Of a DNA stretch of 64,000 bases, positions 58,844-64,000 are shown piece by piece. Both the position numbers and the translations under genes were made by a program. The notes beneath the pieces were generated by a model. It ran no database searches. It saw only the letters and a list, made by a program, of their open reading frames with translations, and was not told the DNA's origin. The stretch is from Planctomycetota bacterium (GTDB lineage: Bacteria > Planctomycetota > Planctomycetia > Pirellulales > Pirellulaceae), in NCBI GenBank assembly GCA_963205385.1, contig CAUJKE010000079.1:46-64045 (forward strand). Reading direction: 5' to 3'. Numbering within the stretch: position 1 is the stretch's first letter; the number at the start of each line of letters is the position of its first letter.

Positions 58844-59855
58844 TCACGGGTGAGACGCGCGATCGCCGGCCAGGCCAAAGGCTTCGAGAATTTGGCGGGC
58901 GGCGGATTCGGGCGAGATGGAGCCGGCCAGGACGCCGGCTTCCAGACGCGCGCGAACGAGTGCTACTTGGGGATGATTGCGAATCGCGCGGCGCAGTTGA
59001 TCATCGATGATGTTCCAGAGCCAGCGCGCGTTTTGGAGCTTGCGGCGCTTGTCAAGTTCACCACTGGCTTGCATCCGTGCGTGGCGGCGTTCGATCGCGC
59101 GCCACACGGCGTCAATGTGGTCGTCGTGCAGCGCGCTGCACGTGAGCACCGTGGGGGTGTCGTTGCTGCGCGCCGAGAGCGATTCCAGCACGCGCGCGAG
59201 TTGATGGGCGGCGAGCTCCGCGGCGGTGCGGGTGGCGCCGTCCGCCTTGTTTACCGCAATCACATCGACCAGTTCCAACAGGCCGCGCTTGACGGCTTGT
59301 AATTCGTCGCCGGCGCCGGGGAGCATCAACGCGAGGAAACAATCGGTCATATCCGAGACCATCGTTTCGGATTGCCCCACGCCGACCGTTTCGATCAAGA
59401 CGACGTCGTATCCGGCGGCTTCGCAGACGAGCATCGCCTCGCGCGTTTTGCGCGCGACGCCGCCTAAGGTTCCAGCCGACGGCGAGGGACGGATGAAGGC
59501 GTGCGGCTCCGCGGAGAGGCGCGTCATGCGGGTTTTATCGCCGAGGATGCTGCCGCCGCTGACGCCGCTCGAAGGATCGACTGCGAGCACCGCCACGCGA
59601 TGTTCGCGGCGGACCAGATGCACGCCGAGGGCTTCAATGAACGTGCTCTTGCCGGCGCCTGGCGCGCCGGTGATGCCGACGCGCATCGCGCTGCCAGTGT
59701 GCGGCAATAAGCGCGTGAGGAGCTCTTCGGCCAGGCGTTGATGACGCGCGAGGTGCGATTCCACAAGCGTGAGCGCCCGCGGCAAGATGGCCATGTTGCG
59801 GTTAAGGACGCCGGCGTAGTAATCATCGACCGTCAACTCACGGCGGCGCGGCACG

Positions 59856-59866
<11 letters not shown>
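58844..59866 (-). CDS. meaB: Methylmalonyl-CoA mutase-associated GTPase MeaB (ArgK)
   Basis: ORF 58844..59875 starts with GTG. ATG 59866 overlaps the mutase large subunit end by 11 nt. P-loop [18 protein letters not shown] and NKAD motif (VIAVNKADG). Confidence 0.92.
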
Positions 59867-62087
<2,221 letters not shown>

Positions 62088-62091
62088 GCAC

Positions 62092-64000
62092 TTAGCCTTC
62101 CTGCGACGTTAAAACGCCTTCTTCCCGCAGCAGTTCGCGCAGCGTCTCGAGGACGTCGCACTTGATGTAGATAAAACGGTCAACGCCAGCGGCTTGCCAC
62201 GGCGGGCCGTTGTCGCCGGGGAAGCCTGCGAGCACCACGGTGCGAGCGCCGGCCGCTTTGAGTTTGGGAGCCACCAGGGGCACGAATTGTGGATAGAGCT
62301 TGTCGGACGAACAGATCACGGCGATCTTCGCGCCGCTCTTGGCAAACGCGGCCGTAGCCTGGTCTACGTCGTCGAAGCCATTGTTGCTCAGCACCTCAAA
62401 GCCGCCGGCTTCGAAGAAGTTTTGCGAATACGTCGCGCGACCCGTGTGATGCGCGATCGGTCCCAGGTTCACCAAAAAGACGCGCGGCCGCTGGCCATGC
62501 GCTGCCTCCCAGGCGTCGCTAGCGTCGCGCAGTTCTTCAAAGGGTTCGGCGAAACTGCGGCGTTCGAGCGGAGCGATGCGAGCGCTGGGATGTTGATGAA
62601 AACCAAGCGCCTGGGCCATTTGTCCAATGGTGGCGCCGCTTGCAGCCGCCGCGACCATGGCCGCCATGTGACTCGTTCCCGCCTGGGGCGGGGCACATGC
62701 GGCGTCGCTGGTGCGAGTTTTAGCAAGCTGCGCTTGCGCCGCGGCGCGGAGCACGGCGGCGTCGGGACACAAAGGGGCGACACGTGGTTCGCGGAGATTG
62801 GGAAACTCGCTGACGCCGGTAATCCCTTCCTTGCGGCGCGCGATATCCTTGGTGCGCGGCGCGTAGGCGGCGTCGATCTGTTGCGCGATCCAACCGCTCT
62901 GCAGCGCGGCCAACATCCCTCCTTGGCGTTCAACCTCTTGGAAAATCTCCCATGCTTTTTCCGAGAGGCGTGCGGTGAGGTCGTCCAAAAACCAACTGCC
63001 GCCGGCGGGATCGATCACGCGATGCAGATGCGCTTCCTCTTGCAGAATATGCACCGTATTGCGGGCAATGCGGCGACTGAAAGCGTCGGGTAGGCCGGTC
63101 AACGCATCGAACGGGACGGAAGTCACCACGTTCGCGCCGCCGATGCCGGCGGCAAACATGGCGACGGCGTTGCGCAGCAAGTTGACGTAGGGATCGCGCT
63201 GCGTCAGCACGCGGTGGCTGGTTCGCGCGTGGATCGCCATCGCGCCGGACTGGGGCTGCCCGCCGCACGCTTCGATCACGCGCGACCAATTGCCGCGCGC
63301 CGCGCGCAGCTTAGCAAGAGCGAGAAAATGATGCGTTCCTAGTTCCACGCGAAACAGCAGTTGCCGCGCTGCGACGTTGATATCGAGGCCGGCGGCGGTC
63401 AGCGCGCGGAGGTATTCGACCGCGGTGGCCAGGCCAAAAGCGATGTCTTGCGCCGCGGTCGCGCCGGCATCGTGATAGGGCGACGTGTCGACGCCGATCG
63501 CGGTAACGTGGGGATAATTCTCGGTCGTCCACTTCGCCAAATCGGCCAAGGCGGCCAGCGCGGCTGCCGGGGTTTGCGGAAGTTGCCCGTTGCGGGCCAG
63601 CACGGCAAACGGATCGGCGTTGAATGCGCCCCGCGCTTGCTCCGGCGTTACGCCGCGGCGCTGCCAGAGCGCGACGAGCGCGGCCGCCGCAGGCAAAGCA
63701 GCAGCGCCTCCGTCGAGCGCGATGCCGACCAGGTCCAGATGCACGTTCGCCAGCGCGACGTCGAGATCCGCGGCGCTATACGCCATCAGACCGTCCTGGC
63801 CAACCAGTTCCGCCGGGGCTTGATCGGGATCATACCCACTGCCAGCGGCCGCATCGAGTTGGAGCAACACGGATGTCACGCCCCCTCGCAAATCGGCCAG
63901 GATCGCTGCATTGGTGACGGCGAGCTCGGGATGCGCGTGTTCCTGCCGCAAGTCCCACCCGGAGCGGACCGCCCCCAGCGGTTGGGAATTACGCACAAAC
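62092..64000 (-). CDS. mutA: Methylmalonyl-CoA mutase small (beta) subunit, 5' end beyond window
   Basis: ORF 62092..63996 begins at an internal-looking GTG, and the frame is still open at the window edge. It has a mutase-like barrel and a C-terminal flavodoxin-like domain. That domain lacks the DxHxxG histidine ([12 protein letters not shown]), as in beta subunits. It ends 4 nt before mutB. Confidence 0.8.
   Translation of the reverse strand, partial: FVRNSQPLGAVRSGWDLRQEHAHPELAVTNAAILADLRGGVTSVLLQLDAAAGSGYDPDQAPAELVGQDGLMAYSAADLDVALANVHLDLVGIALDGGAAALPAAAALVALWQRRGVTPEQARGAFNADPFAVLARNGQLPQTPAAALAALADLAKWTTENYPHVTAIGVDTSPYHDAGATAAQDIAFGLATAVEYLRALTAAGLDINVAARQLLFRVELGTHHFLALAKLRAARGNWSRVIEACGGQPQSGAMAIHARTSHRVLTQRDPYVNLLRNAVAMFAAGIGGANVVTSVPFDALTGLPDAFSRRIARNTVHILQEEAHLHRVIDPAGGSWFLDDLTARLSEKAWEIFQEVERQGGMLAALQSGWIAQQIDAAYAPRTKDIARRKEGITGVSEFPNLREPRVAPLCPDAAVLRAAAQAQLAKTRTSDAACAPPQAGTSHMAAMVAAAASGATIGQMAQALGFHQHPSARIAPLERRSFAEPFEELRDASDAWEAAHGQRPRVFLVNLGPIAHHTGRATYSQNFFEAGGFEVLSNNGFDDVDQATAAFAKSGAKIAVICSSDKLYPQFVPLVAPKLKAAGARTVVLAGFPGDNGPPWQAAGVDRFIYIKCDVLETLRELLREEGVLTSQEG

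Overview
GC-rich, densely coding bacterial chromosomal window: about 46 protein genes. I found no rRNA, tRNA, CRISPR array, transposase or integrase. The gene content fits a Planctomycetota-type genome: alternative complex III, a Tat-signal aldo/keto reductase, a Uma2 nuclease, a GAF-sigma54 activator and many start/stop overlaps. That assignment is inference only.

Layout:
- 1-1333: DUF4139-like gene running off the left edge. It is missing from the supplied ORF track.
- 1.5-4.7 kb: marR, CPA2 antiporter, mog, Uma2.
- 4.7-7.5 kb: lutCBA lactate utilisation operon.
- 7.6-8.9 kb: NUDIX hydrolase and fabI.
- 9.1-11 kb: GAF/sigma54 activator.
- 11.1-17.7 kb: tripartite RND efflux set, with adaptor plus pump divergent from the outer-membrane factor.
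- 17.9-20.6 kb: metallophosphoesterase, an AT-rich inverted-repeat element, and a Tat aldo/keto reductase.
- 20.6-39.7 kb: one co-directional 19-kb respiratory block on the minus strand, narC-narG-narH-narJ-narI-narK1(DoxX fusion)-narK2 followed directly by actABCDEF (alternative complex III). A divergent Rrf2 regulator and a perfect CRP/FNR-like palindrome sit upstream.
- 40.4-44.4 kb: glgP and fbaB.
- 45-57.5 kb: an unusual carbon-storage/acyl-CoA cluster. It holds an SDR reductase with a phasin-like N-domain, phaR, a phasin-like paralog, PFOR translationally coupled to a non-canonical DHOD-like flavoprotein, and an N-terminally extended class III-type PhaC coupled to pccB-pccA.
- 57.6-64 kb: fbp, meaB, and methylmalonyl-CoA mutase large and small subunits. 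The last gene runs off the right edge.

Most interesting candidates:
- The nar(C-type)-ACIII supercluster.
- The NarK-DoxX fusion.
- The PFOR/DHOD-like/PhaC/Pcc operon, with three proteins sharing helical W-rich N-domains.

All family calls come from reading motifs by eye. No database search was possible.
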